A stretch of DNA of 64,000 nucleotides, from assembly GCA_965285935.1 (NCBI GenBank), contig OZ260664.1:45694001-45758000 (forward strand), given 5' to 3'. Of the stretch, positions 42,489 to 56,097 are shown piece by piece (within the stretch, counting starts at the first letter, position 1; the number at the start of each line of letters is the position of its first letter). Position numbers and translations under genes: made by a program. Below the pieces are notes generated by a model that did not search any database, was not told the DNA's origin, and saw nothing but the letters and a program-made list of their open reading frames with translations. The stretch is from Ophelia neglecta. Its lineage: Eukaryota.

Positions 42489-45400
42489 ATCCCCTCATAG
42501 CCCTATACTTACCATAGGAAATCACTCTCAGGCAATATACATGACAAAACTCTGTTAAAAAATAAATGTTAAATAGGGGTTACAAATGTAAACCTGAAGG
42601 CAAACATTTGTAAGATTACATTATTTACATGTACTGAATAGCACATATATTTTGTATGCTATTAATTTTCAAAAGTTTGCTGCATTAAACAAGTCAATAA
42701 CAAGGTGATACTTGATCAACCATAATGTTCCAAAAGTCAGCTAAATAGAAACTTCAAAAAATAAATGAATTGGACAAGTTTTAAAATGACAAAAAATCCA
42801 AACATTTTTTATGCAACAAATATTTTTGGTTCACATCCCAGTATTTTGTAGCTAGCTCTTCATTTGGGTACATTTCATAGGCTGGTTTATATTGTATGTG
42901 AGTGAATGAGAGAGTGACAACTGGCTCTAAATACATGTAGTGACCTTATCAAAGAAGTTTCCTTTCGGTTTTTCATCTGTATTTATAGATCAAGTTTGGG
43001 ACAATGCGTCAATAAGATGTATTACGTGTATTGCCTGTGTAATATATTGTTGTCTGGTCTAAGGTATATTTAACTAGTTGCAGCCTCCCCCCATACAGTC
43101 TGTCCTTGAGAGGAGAAGCTCAAATAAAGCCACAATCAGCAGAATGTCTGCCTCAAAAGGACACTAGGATCTAGTGTTAGTTGGAAATGATGTGAGGGGA
43201 GAAACTCTCAATAGGTAGGGATCCAAGACAAAAAAACACAGCCAGAATCCTTCTATATCCAGAATTGTGTTAGGCTTCTAATAACAAGAGCTCAAGGCTA
43301 GGCTAAAAACTCAATATGCTCTTATTGCAGGAACAGGCAAAGCACAGGACATGACTCTGTGGATATCTGTGGTAAAATATTTTGGAGTTATTTGGCAGTA
43401 TGAAACGAAGGCACTTGAAAGAGTTTCATTAGATTGGAGGTCATGTTTCAAGCAAACACCTTTTTTGAGCGGTTGTAAAGACAAAACCAAGCAAATTTTA
43501 GTTACATGTGGGCCTAGATCATGATTGTAGATCATGATAGGTTTGAGTAGATTATATATCAAGGTATATTGGGTCTGCTATAATAATGATTAGCTCTTAT
43601 GGACTGGTTGATGGACGGAGAAAATATTTTATACAGTGAAACGTCTTTCTAGCATATCCTGAGGCTACATGTAAGGAGCATTATACTGACAACTGGGGTA
43701 ATTTTGATTGGCCATTTCCACACATAATAACCGTCCATAAATCGTGTGTAACTGATATTTACGTCATCCATGGCCAGACCGCCGGAGCTACCTCGTCTTG
43801 TGATTATTTGGCTCATATCACCATTGTCATTGGAAGATTTCGGTGGGCGATCTTGACTTATTGTGGGCATAAAGCTGTGTGACGTTCTGGTGTATATCGA
43901 TTGTGAAGGTAGGGCACATTAGACGGCGGCCTTTGACTCTCTCGTCACCCTCAGATCAGGTATGTAATGACAGGCCAGTGTCTGAACCAGACAGATACCA
44001 TTTCAATGCAGTAAATTCAACAAAAATCTTCTTTTTATTGCCGTTTCCACAGAAATGATTTATCCTCTTGTCATTTTAATGTCTTTGTGATTGATAGATA
44101 TAACAATAAAACAACAAGAGAATGGAAGGTTAGTTGACTATTTTGATTCAGGGGCTCAACAACAACTAGAGACTGTACAAAAGCCATTGAATATTTTTGA
44201 AATGGGTATGACATTTGCCATTAGATATTTTGAATAAAATTATGAAAAGAATTATAGTGTACTCAATCGTACTAAGATGAGTGCTACTCAAGTGTAAGTT
44301 TATGAACAAAGTATAATCCTTTATTTCAAGATATTCAAATTAATTTCCATAATGATTATAAAATCACATTAAAATTTTCTTCATATTACAAATTTACTAA
44401 AATAATTTATTTTACACTAAAGCTTAAATGTTAGTATTGTCTACTAAAATGCCTTTTACATTAAATTGCTTGTTAGTATGTGTTCATAAATAGCAATAGA
44501 TTTTGTCCAAGGCCCAAAGTGGACATTGAGTGGACAATCAATATTCACAAACCTGGCAAAGCAGGACAAAGTGTTCAACCACCACCTGCTGTGCGATATT
44601 GATTGTGAAACCTCAACATCGCCTGATTCCAAAAAACTGCAGCTAATGATTGGCTGTAGGTTCCACAATTCACTAAAAGTCAGCTGAGTAAGGATTAAGT
44701 CATTGGCATGATTTAATGTACGCATGTACATTGTTGTGTTGTGTCTAAAGTTATTGAGTTCCTGCTTCATAATTTTAAATGACTGTAGTTAGTAGGGTCT
44801 GAGCTCAGGTACACCGTAGACATCGCTGGTACTACTGCGGGAGTTGGCTTGTCAGATAGTGGGCAGCTGGCCAGCTTGACCTACATGTACTAATTGAGCT
44901 GCTTGGCTGGCCTTTTCCGGGCTTGGCTGAGGAAACTTCAAGTAAGGCTATCGAGGTTACCATTGAAACGGACAATTAGCCATGGCCAAGTGTGTGCCTG
45001 GCCTTGACCACAGCTGTGCTCTGCCCTGTGCCAGTCACGGCCAGAGGAGTCTTAACAGCCAGGGCCAAAGCCGCAGGACTCAGAATGCCATTGTCAGAAA
45101 ATATATATGACATAGTTGATAACTATCATTTTTGAATGGCTTAAAACCTTAAGTACTTTGTCTTTTATGACTTTTGATAGTACCTATGGACTTCCTTCCT
45201 CGGAATATTTTCCCATATTTACATCCCTTTCGACACTGTAGGCTCATATTTTACCCAATGCAGTTCATACATTTCATTAACTGACTCTGGCTACAGACAG
45301 ACTTAAGGCCAGAATCCAATTAGGGCTGCCTCCCTATTCAGAACCCCCAGCCAGCCCATTCTCTACTTCTGATTTATTTTTCACTAGGTTGAAGGTGACA

Positions 45401-48400
45401 GGAGAATTAATGCTGTCCTTCATTGTACTCCTTTGTGCAGGAAGGCAGGAAAAACTATGGTCAGAAAAAAAGAAAAAACCATGCCATGCTCTGTTATGGA
45501 ATGACGTGGGGATTGCCCGAAAAGGTTAAAATACCTTACCAGAGTAAAACATGGCGGGTTAAGTGGGGTTCTTCTCATGTTGTTTTAATGTCTGTGAAGT
45601 TAATTTTGTCTGACAATCAAACAGGAGCAAGCCACTTCCAATGTTCCTCTAATATCCTGATAAATCCAGCCATATGCCCCGTTTCTCACACCAGATATGA
45701 TTTCCCTGGGGTTCTTTAATATCACTCCTGTCCTGTCAATGAAAAAATATGCCATCCCTCTGGGTCAGCCCCAGACTAAGTCAGCTAATAAAAGATCTAG
45801 TCTTTGAAGTAAAATTCTAACCAAAAACTCACTCTGCCTGTCCTCGGGGCTTATGCACATGTCGGCAGTGTTGGATCTGCCCAGGTTCATGATGTTTAGA
45901 GGCTTGGTTTGCCCATAGGGTATGTGTGGCCTGGTCATAAATTGACTCCTAGTTTATAGCAATTTTCACTGTAATAATTGTAGGATGAGAAATGCTAGTT
46001 GGCTGAATTCCTCTGTGGCCAAGCTGGGTTAGATATATCTTGATGCCTGCCAGATGAGTTGTACAAAATGGATAAAATTTTAATACTGACAGGGTGAAGC
46101 TTGGATTGTCACTCAAGCTTTCCTCTCATTCCAAGGCCAAGCAGCAAATAGTAATTTGGCAAGTTGAAGGAGCTAAATGCAGGGTGTTACCAGGATTGAT
46201 ACCGTCTCTACGATGGGCTGCCCTGTTAGAGATGCTAACCCTATTTTCCTTCAATTCGTCAGGTGAAGTCAATGCCCTTACCGGGTTCATACTTGTAGCC
46301 ACTTCAAGGCCATATTAACTTGGTTTGAGAATGGAAATGAACAGAAATGTTAAAGAGGTCCTGCAGCACTTTATGTCTAGGTTATTACAGGTATTTTGCT
46401 ATATTTGGCACCGGCTTAATGTCATTTTCTTCTATATTATTAAAAATAATGACAATGTCTGACAAAGAAAGCATCAAAATAATGTATCAGCCATGTCATT
46501 ACTCACCTAAAGCTTTTAAGCTTTTAGCTATCCATAAATGGCAAATAGGCTTAGAATCCTACCTGGGTTTCCATTTACAAATCATAAACAATGTAGGCAT
46601 GGGTTTTTTGTTATTTTTAGTATTAATATACTTGTATTCTGGAACATTTGAAATCAATGATGGAATAATGAAAAAGATGAATTCCAATCCAGGGATATAA
46701 AAGTTTGATGTGGACGCTGAGGGATTTCACAAATCATTAAATAATGCTTCGGCTGGCCAGCTGAGCAGTTGACTGCTTGGTCTCTGTGTAAGTATGTGTC
46801 GCTGAGAGGCCTCCTTACTACTACCACATCTATATATACGGGTTGTATTCCAGTTAGCCTGTGTAATTACATGTTTTACACTCCTCTAGTGAAGGTTCTG
46901 ATAGTTTTCTTGCTGTGAGCACATGTTTGGAATCAGGGTTTCATTTGTTCATATTTTTCTTATGTTATTCAGTTTTAAGGTAAATGTTACCGATACTTAA
47001 GACAAAGGAGTTCACAAATAAAATTTACAAAATTATCGTAAAATAATGTTGAATTAATTTGTGATGTTTATATTTATATTCTCCCAAATGTATGTGAATA
47101 CTATAAATAAAAATAAATTGCACCACTTATGCTGACAAACAAAAAACAGGTGAGATGGAATATCCTGACAATAAGTGATATTAAATTGCTTATAGCATGT
47201 CTTGGGTATTAAGTTACAACTCCCCTGAAAGAAATGGCCTCATTTTATGTCATTTAATCTCGTTGTTTAATGTATATTCTTGTACATGATCCACATGTTA
47301 GTTCTCATGGTGGCTTTGACATTTACATGTAAAACCCAAGAAAGAGAATATTCAATTGGCCCTGCTGTACGTTTCACTAGCTTAGAAAGCTACCTTAAGG
47401 TGAAAATATGAGGAAGGATTTGGCACATTAAAAAAAATCTCTGAATCTTAATAGGAAAGGCTTTTACTGCCATTTTAATGCAATAAAGAGTAAGTTCAGC
47501 TTACTTTTAAGGGTTCCCGAGTTACTTGGTAGTTTAGCCAGGCTACAATGAAATTGTCAGAAATACTCAAGGCATCAAAACACTAAGGAGTTGAATTAGG
47601 GGACTCTTTTCCTCTGTGAAATACAATGTCAGGTGACATGTACAGACTTGGCCTGCTTCTTCTAATGTCTGTATAGGGCCTTCCTGCTTAATACTTGGAG
47701 GAACACCAACAGCTAGTAACTAACAAGGAATTTGATTTTTCTTCTTTCTATGTAATGATTCATGTAAATATTTTTCTTTAAGACTGTAAAAGCAATATAC
47801 ATCTTTGGTTTTTAGAAACTGTATGTTAGTATAAATAAAATATAATCCATCTTGTTTGGCCACTTAGAATAATTAAAGTTTCCCAAAATTAAATTATATG
47901 CTCTCTTTTATTTTAGTCACTATCAGTTGCAGCTCTCATGTTTTCCCCACATCTTATGTGCTGTACTGCCATCTTATGTTGTGGCTTATTGTCTCCTAGC
48001 AAACATTTTAGAATAAAGGGCAGCCACAATTTTAAGTCTTTATAGTTGTAGCAAGATGCAACAAAAAATGTTGAGCATTTAAAAAATGCACTCACGGTTG
48101 CCAATTTATTGGCAATTATCTTTTCAGCTGAGTTGGCAGCTTATAGGCTCATTTGAATAATAATCACAAATGTCGTGCCTAAAATACAAGCAACAGTCGG
48201 TTATGAATGCTGTAGTGCTGAGGTTGATAACATGAGGCTCCATGTGAAATGCTGCTTAGAGCAACAGTCTCTCTGTCTTCCTCTGTCTCAATCTCTCTGT
48301 TTTTTCTGCCTTTTTGTTTTCCACCAGATAATGGTAAAAAAACAGTGATTTGCAATGGATCAATAAGGGTCCATGGCTCAGGTGTCCTCTCTTTGTCTGG

Positions 48401-49327
48401 CTAGGAAGAAAAAGAACATGATTGAACCTGTAGATGGCTGCTACCTGTCACAAATAAAAGGCATACTGACACACTATATCGTCTGGCATGTGCATGTGCA
48501 CATTTACGTAGATGTACACATGTGTGTATGTGTGTACACACTCATGTCGTGTCTTTGTACATGTACATGTAGTGTAACCATCATATTGTTTTTTCAGTTC
48601 AGTTTGTGCCTTATTCTAGAAGGCACTATTTGTAAACTTATCCCCTGCTGGTTGTTATTTTGTAGATGATATAATGTTAGTTGTTTATTAGAATAAGTGT
48701 GATATGAATATGCTTTGTGTATTAATTTGATGGGAAAATATCACCTTCTGTGTATTGTGTCTATAAATATCTGAGCTAGGGGTTATTGCCTCCAGAATAA
48801 GACAAGGTATTAATGATTTATATGGCATGAAAAAGATCTTGACAAAATGTCACACATGTAATGCGGAGTAGAGCAAAATTTGTTCTTGCTAGCCTCAGAT
48901 TCATGTAGGATATATAGCTACATGTACATGTACATAATCGGTTGATGCAATTTATTCCTGTGGCTATGGGTTTGGAGATTAGCTGTGTAATGGTTTACTA
49001 GTCCTAAGCGCACTTAGTAAAACAGTTACTCTGGAGACTTTCAGGTACAAATAATTCAAATCGATCCAGCTTGAGGCGAAGTCAACAGCAAATGCAGGCT
49101 GAAACAATGTAAACAATCTGGGCATGTAGAACGTAGCACAAATCAGTTCCAGCCAACAGCCAGGCTTATGGCATGTTGCATGAATCATTGAACACTAAAC
49201 TAGGCAACGTTGAGAGGCCTGTGTGACAGGTTTGAGCTAAATCTGATAAAGATTCACAACCCCACCTGCTGCTTGGCTTTTCTAGTAAAACATTTAGGTG
49301 ACTGTCGGTTTTAATGGGCTTTATGGT

Positions 49328-49356
49328 GGGGGGAGGGGGGTTTGGGGGGGAGGGGG
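49328..49356 (+). other. Canonical G-quadruplex motif
   Basis: G6-A-G6-TTT-G7-A-G5. Confidence 0.8.
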
Positions 49357-49364
49357 CATCTCAA

Positions 49365-51370
49365 ACTCTGTATGACCCAGGGACATGACCCAGCAAATGT
49401 GGGCCTCAGAGACTGTCCAAGGGGACATCTGTCTGACTGGGGGAAATGACCCAGTCAGTGAGAACCATATACATGAGCCTCAATGTCTTTCACAGGGGAC
49501 AGGCCCAGTCAGTGTGAACCTCAACATCTGTCTGACTGTTGAACATGACCCAGTCAGTGTGAGCTTCTAACCTCTGGCTGACCGGAAGACATGTCCCAGT
49601 GAGTGTGAAGCCCAAACCTCTGTCTGACCGGAAGACATGTCCCAGTGAGTGTGAAGCCCAAACCTCTGTCTGACCAGAAGACATGTCCCAGTGAGTGTGA
49701 AGCTCAAACCTCTGTCTGACCAGAAGGCATGTCCCAGTGAGTGTGAAGCTCAAACCTCTGTCTGACCAGAAGACATGTCCCAGTGAGTGTGAAGCTCAGA
49801 CCTCAGTCTGACCGGAAGGCATGTCCCAGTGAGTTTGAAGCTCAAACCTCTGTCTGACCGGAAGGCATGTCCTAGTGAGTGTGAAGCTCAAACCTCTGTC
49901 TGACCGGAAGGCATGTCCCAGTGAGTGTGAAGCTCAAACCTCTGTCTGACCGGAAGGCATGTCCCAGTGAGTGTGAAGCTCAAACCTCTGTCTGACCAGA
50001 AGACATGTCCCAGTGAGTGTGAAGTTCAATCCTCTGTCTGACCAGAAGGCATGTCCCAGTGAGTGTGAAGCTCAGACCTCAGTCTGACCGGAAGGCATGT
50101 CCCAGTGAGTTTGAAGCTCAAACCTCTGTCTGACCGGAAGGCATGTCCCAGTGAGTGTGAAGCTCAAACCTCTGTCTGACCAGAAGACATGTCCCAGTGA
50201 GTGTGAAGTTCAAAACTCTGTCTGACCAGAAGGCATGTCCCAGTGAGTGTGAAGCTCAGACCTCAGTCTGACCGGAAGGCATGTCCCAGTGAGTTTGAAG
50301 CTCAAACCTCTGTCTGCCCGGAAGGCATGTCCTAGTGAGTGTGAAGCTCAAACCTCTGTCTGACCGGAAGGCATGTCCCAGTGAGTATGAAGCTCAAACC
50401 TCTGTCTGACCGGAAGACATGTCCCAGTGAAGGTGAAGCTCAAACCTCTGTCTGACCGGAAGGCATGTCCCAGTGAGTGAGAAGCTCAAACCTCTTGTCT
50501 GACCGGAAGGCATGCCCCAGTGAGTTAGAAGCTGAAACCTCTGTCTGACTGGAAGGCATGTCCCAGTGAGTGTGAAGCTCAAACCTCTGTCTGACCGGAA
50601 GGCATGTCCCAGTGAGTATGAAGCTCAAACCTCTGTCTGACCGGAAGGCATGTCCCAGTGAGTTTGAAGCTCAAACCTCTGTCTGACTGGAAGGCATGTC
50701 CCAGTGAGTGAGAAGCTCAAACCTCGTGTCTGACCGGAAGGCATGTCCCAGTGAGTGTGAAGCTCAAACCTCTGTCTGACAGGAAGGCATGTCCCAGTGA
50801 GTGTGAAACTCAAACCTCTGTCTGACCAGAAGACATGTCCCAGTGAGTGAGAAGCCCAAACCTCTTGTCTGACCGGAAGGCATGTCCCAGTGAGTGTGAA
50901 GCTCAAACCTCTGTCTGACAGGAAGGCATGTCCCAGTGAGTGTGAAACTCAAACCTCTGTCTGACCAGAAGACATGTCCCAGTGAGTGTGAAGCTCAAAC
51001 CTCTGTCTGACCGGAAGACATGTCCCTGTGAGTGTGAAGCTCAAACCTCTGTCTAACCGGAAGGCATGTCCCAGTGAGTGTGAAGCTCCAACCTCTGTCT
51101 GACAGAGGGTCATAACTCAGCCAGTGATAGCCTTAACCTATGTCTTACCGGGGGACATAACCTACCTAGTCTGAGCCTCAACATATGTCCTGTTGGAAAC
51201 GTCCCCAGGAAATGAAAGCCTCAAAGTCGGTCCCCGTGACATGACCCAGCCAATGTGAGCCTTAGACCTGTTTGACTGGGGGACATGACCCATTTGATAT
51301 GAGCGTCAGCATCTGTACCGGGGGACATGACACTATCAATATAAGCTTAAAACCTTTGTGTCGGGCATGC
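49365..51370. repeat. 46-bp minisatellite: ~33 homogeneous core units (about 49560-51105) flanked by degenerate units
   Basis: Unit GTCCCAGTGAGTGTGAAGCTCAAACCTCTGTCTGACCGGAAGGCAT. 49591 to 51066 = 32x46+3, matching three 47-bp variants. Diverged GACATGACCCAG..GTGAGCCT copies lie on both sides. Confidence 0.97.
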
Positions 51371-51981
51371 ATCCTGGAAAAGTTGCCTTTTAAGTATATT
51401 AGTTAAGTGGTGTTTTACTCCAGCTAAAACTATTCAGTCCAGTTTTAGTTCACCTCTTGTAATTCCATAACTGCATAACATTGAGATTAAAAAAGTCATG
51501 GATATTAGAGTTCTGTGTACTAGGCAGACAAAGCTAAGTGGGGTCACCATGCTGTGTCTGTGTTGTAAGTTATGATAACAAATGTATTAGCCTTAGCTGC
51601 ATTAAGCTATTGAAATATTAATGTTATTCACATTTGACAAATTGGCTGACTAAGTAATGAGTATATTATTGTTCTGATGGTGATTCTGAACTTACTATTT
51701 GAATAAGGTACCTGCCTCTTGTTGTAGGTGATTTGTTAGGATATCATTGTGAAATGGCCAAACAAACAGAATGACATTAACAGACCATTTATCAACTTGA
51801 AATATACAACCTATACAATATCTGGGCAAATATTAGACAATCAATCTCTATTTTGATGGATGAATTTATTTTTAAACTGTCATATTTGGTGTTTCATTCA
51901 TTATTTTCAACAACCCATTGCTGCAGTTATCAAATAAAAGAAGAAAGCTTGGATGGAAAAGCCTAGAAACTTTTTTTTGTG

Positions 51982-52195
51982 TATAGTATTACCCTAAATA
52001 ATCTAATAGAAAACACTTATCTAATAGAGGATGCACTCTTAGAATTAGAGTAAAGTTGGACATTGCTTATGCATTTTTATAATTAAGTCTAACAGGGGTG
52101 ACTTTATTATTTCAATATAAGATTCGCACAAAAGTTTTTTTTTTCTGGGACTGACAAATGAAAAAAGCAAGTCTTCTATTAGATCAAATACAGTA
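51982..52195. mobile_element. Degenerate pogo-like MITE (tentative)
   Basis: Left ATCTAATAGAAAAC (52001-52014) is inverted relative to right GTCTTCTATTAGATCAAATACAG|TA (52171-52195). The left end has the form TATAGTATT. Confidence 0.4.
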
Positions 52196-55100
52196 ATTCC
52201 CTATTGTCCTGAGGCACATATTGCATGACTCTATGTATTCAAACATGGACATCAGAGTCAATGCAATTTACTGTTGGCATAAAAGCCAAAGTCATCATTG
52301 GTGCACAGATTGCTTTTCCAGTAGATTCATACAAGAACCAGTACGACTAAGCCTTTGTTGTACAAAAATGGCTGCTGCCTTTATATGATATGCACCTATA
52401 TATTGATGGAGTCTTAGTCTGTCAGAGGAATCTGTGTTAAGTCTGGGCCACTTTAAAAACATTTTGCTGTCAGTAGCTAGGATTAAGATATACTATTAGG
52501 CCTTTGGTGGTGGTCTTGTAGTTGGCCTGACACTGAAGGTAATTGAGTCATTTCCCCATGTGGAAGTAGGTTGCTCACATGCCACCGAGCCATGTTTTCT
52601 TGGCTGTAGCCACACTGTGTTGGCTCATAGTGTTCTCAGCTGGCTAACACAGGACAACACATCAATACCTCAGTGATGATATCTCCTCTAAACACACATA
52701 TGTGATGCCAGAGAATCTCTAATTTACACAGCACCGCCTTCTTTATATTCTCTAACAAAATGGTACAGTATTTACTGTAGATCTAAGGTAATCACCATAC
52801 TCACATTAATTGCCTTACAAGTTGGTGGCCAATTACTTGTACAAGGAAGGGTAGCGTCAGCAGACACAGCCTGGCTCGAGTTCCCTCCCACCTTGTCCTT
52901 GGTAATCCTATGGCTGAGTGTGGAAGACAACACTGTAACTGGGTTGCCTTGATTAAGTGTGTTGATTAAGTGCCTTGATAAACACATATATGGTATGATA
53001 TGTATTTGGCTGTTAACTTGCCAATTTGAAGGTAGATGTAGATGTTGTCGACTGGCAAAGCGGTGGTGCCAAGATCTACGGTCAGTAGCAATACAGCTTA
53101 CATCTTATGCTACGTCTAGGCAGTGCGATGTATCCGTGTATTCACCTATTGATTGTGCTGTGTTGCCCGCGCAAGGCAGGCACGGGCGTGCCATCTGCCA
53201 ATATCTCACTAGAAGGGCTGCTTGGCCGTGACCATCCTCGCCAGACCTCTAATGGACTTGTACATGCTTTCTGCTGCTCTCTGTGGCCAAATTGGCTAAA
53301 GACGCATCAGAACCAACACAAAGCCAATAATAATGATGACAGGGACCTATGAATGTGACACCAAATAATATCACTCATGCAAGCTTGTTAACTTTGATTC
53401 TTTCAGAAATAGTTGAGTGCAATTCTTATGGTAAATTCATTGAAACAAGTTCTTTGAAGAATTGCTCAACTGTAGTTTGTATATTTTTTGCTCATTGCTG
53501 GTGATGAATACATGCATTTCTGAGTGGTTGATCCATTTGTTAACACTAATCTCATTTAATTGGCTTTTAAAAGGTAGTGATTTGGTTGTCAGTTTTTAAG
53601 TAAAAACCAGTGGAATTCCTCGATGTTATAAAGCCAGGTGCTTAGAATAGTGTTTTCCCCTGAGTAGCCATATTCCAGGTGCTTCTCAGAGAATTTCAAA
53701 TCCTTGATGCCTCCATTGTGTACATTAAGGACTGCAGTTGGCTCCCTAAGTTAAGTTTTGCCATGGTATGTGAGAGTTCTCCACACGTGAGCCTGTGTGA
53801 CTTGACAGGGCAATCGGGCTGGGAGGAGAGAGAGCTGAGGTAGGGCGGCAGCGGTGGCCGGTCATGTGTGAGTGGCACTCTGGGCCGGAGAAAGCCAAGT
53901 CTCCCTGACCAACAGCAGACTAATGGGGCACATGGCGCACAGTGCAGGACCAGCCGCCTGGAAATCATTGCCTGACAGGGTGGGGTCACAGCAATCACTA
54001 CCAAATAATACTACTTCTAATTGCACCCAAGGCTGTACAATAGAAATCCACCATCAGACAATAGTAATGCGGTGGATGTAATCTGGGCATTTATCACCAA
54101 TCATAATTCACTGGGTAATCAATTGGAAAATTGAGGCAGAACACTGCCCAGGTTACGGCAGCCATGATGAAGGAAAGGATTTTTATTTGATAATGAAGAT
54201 AGGCGAATACTGAAAACGAGATTACACAATGATATGACATGCCTTATGAAATATTAAAACTGCACAAGAAGGCTTCAATCAATATCTTTTACACGGCAAA
54301 ATGCTCCACTGATTGTTGACTTCTTATGTACTTGTGAGCTATGATTGATAACTGTTGGCCATTTCCCCACGGACTAGCTTGTTATTATAGGAAGACTATT
54401 ATGTACTTGTCACCAAAGTTGATTGCTAGTGTAATCTATTAATTCATTAATGCAGGGCATGAAATCCGATACTAATTTATTAGATTGACCTCCATTACTG
54501 ATACCTTTGATGATTGCCTAGAACTGAGGCCTTTCATGAGCGGAGGTGCCCTGTGATTATCCCACTAAGACAGGTGGTTATCTTATTTGTTTGACCCTGC
54601 CCTCATTACATTGATTTCAATTGATTTCTTGATGAGCTGATCAGCCCTCAAATGATCTTCATATACTCCCCCTAGGAGGCAGACGCTGGTCCCGGAGGTT
54701 AAAGGTCACATACATGATGCATGTATTATATAGAGCTGTGCTGTATCTATGGGTTAATAATCTACCCTAAATGGTTATGTTCTGTTTTAATCAGTTGTCA
54801 TTCAGTGTTAGTTTATTTGACACTTCTTTTGACTCTAAACTGAACAGAGTTGATGGTTGAGCATCCCGTTGAAGGAGTATACGCCCTATGTCTTTATCCT
54901 GGGATAGGAGGGTGGGGCCCAGGTAGTAAACAAACTTCTCTCTGACTGAAAGTCTTCATAAAAGCAGACTAATATGATAAAAGGGGCTGAAGAAAATGGG
55001 ATGGTCTCTGGTAGATAATTTTGGGAAAATGGGACCCATAAAGGAGCTTTTATTAAAAAGAATAAGGCAAAAGAAGTAATACAGTGTGAAAAGTATGGGC

Positions 55101-55330
55101 ATTGCCAACAATATTCTCTATTGAACATTTGGGTAGGCCTTTAGCCTTTTAAATTATTTTGCTCAGATAATAAAAAAATACAATTCTGCTCTATTAATAT
55201 ATGTGGTAGTTTATATAATAGAGACTGTTAAAATAAGGCCTTATCTCATAGAAATAAACAGAGTGGCCCTATGTGCTATGTGATAATTTGGGCATGAACT
55301 GCAAACATGTTAGAGAGAAAAATTTCCCAT

Positions 55331-55469
55331 ACAGATATTGGTTAAATAATTTAATTTCTCAGGACTGTGACACTCATGAAACATTACCATGACAAATACA
55401 CTCAAAATATTAATACAGATAATATCCAAACTGATTATTTAATTTCTCCAGACTGTGGGACTCATGAAA
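55331..55469. repeat. Local direct duplication, 88-bp offset
   Basis: TTAATTTCTCAGGACTGTGACACTCATGAAA (55351) vs TTAATTTCTCCAGACTGTGGGACTCATGAAA (55439), 27/31 identical. Confidence 0.75.
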
Positions 55470-56097
55470 ACTTGATGTCACAAAAGCCAAAAATTGATTA
55501 TTAGCCATGCAACCATTGATTGATCTAAATGTTCCACCTACCTGACCCCATCAGTTTACCGGCGAGGATCAGGTGGATAAAACTAATCATATGACTATAG
55601 AATCTCTCTATCGACTGCTGTTTAGGGACCATGCGTTTTGGAATTGACAAGAATTAATTTCTTTAGTGTCTCAGGTGGGGTACCCCACAAACCATACATC
55701 AAACCCTCGGTGTATTAGGGTATAATCTAGGTTATGTCCAGAGGAACTCAGTAATCGCACCCTAGGGAGTGGCGCACCATGTGTGAGCAGGGACACTTAC
55801 AATAAAAGAAAGATCAAAACACTGAATAAACAAATCATTACATACTAGCAAATAATATCAGTACACATATTGTACTGTTGAAGCATATCATTTCTGTAAA
55901 GAATTTCTGTTTTGATGAGACTATATTATAGTATTATCAATATGTAGAATACATAAATCTGTAATTGTATATCATGGGCATACTCTAATTATATATAAAT
56001 GTGTTTAAAACATTTTAAGGTGCTGCTACTACTTACAATGTGTTTTCAGTGTGCTTCTCATTATCATATTTGTTACACAGTTGAATATTGTTGATGA

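Noticed and set aside
49490-50952. Minus-strand ORFs in the 46-bp array
   Set aside because: Repeat-derived, with no coding signature.
52764-52779. TACAGTA-TT-TACTGTA, resembling collapsed MITE ends
   Set aside because: Too short to distinguish from chance.
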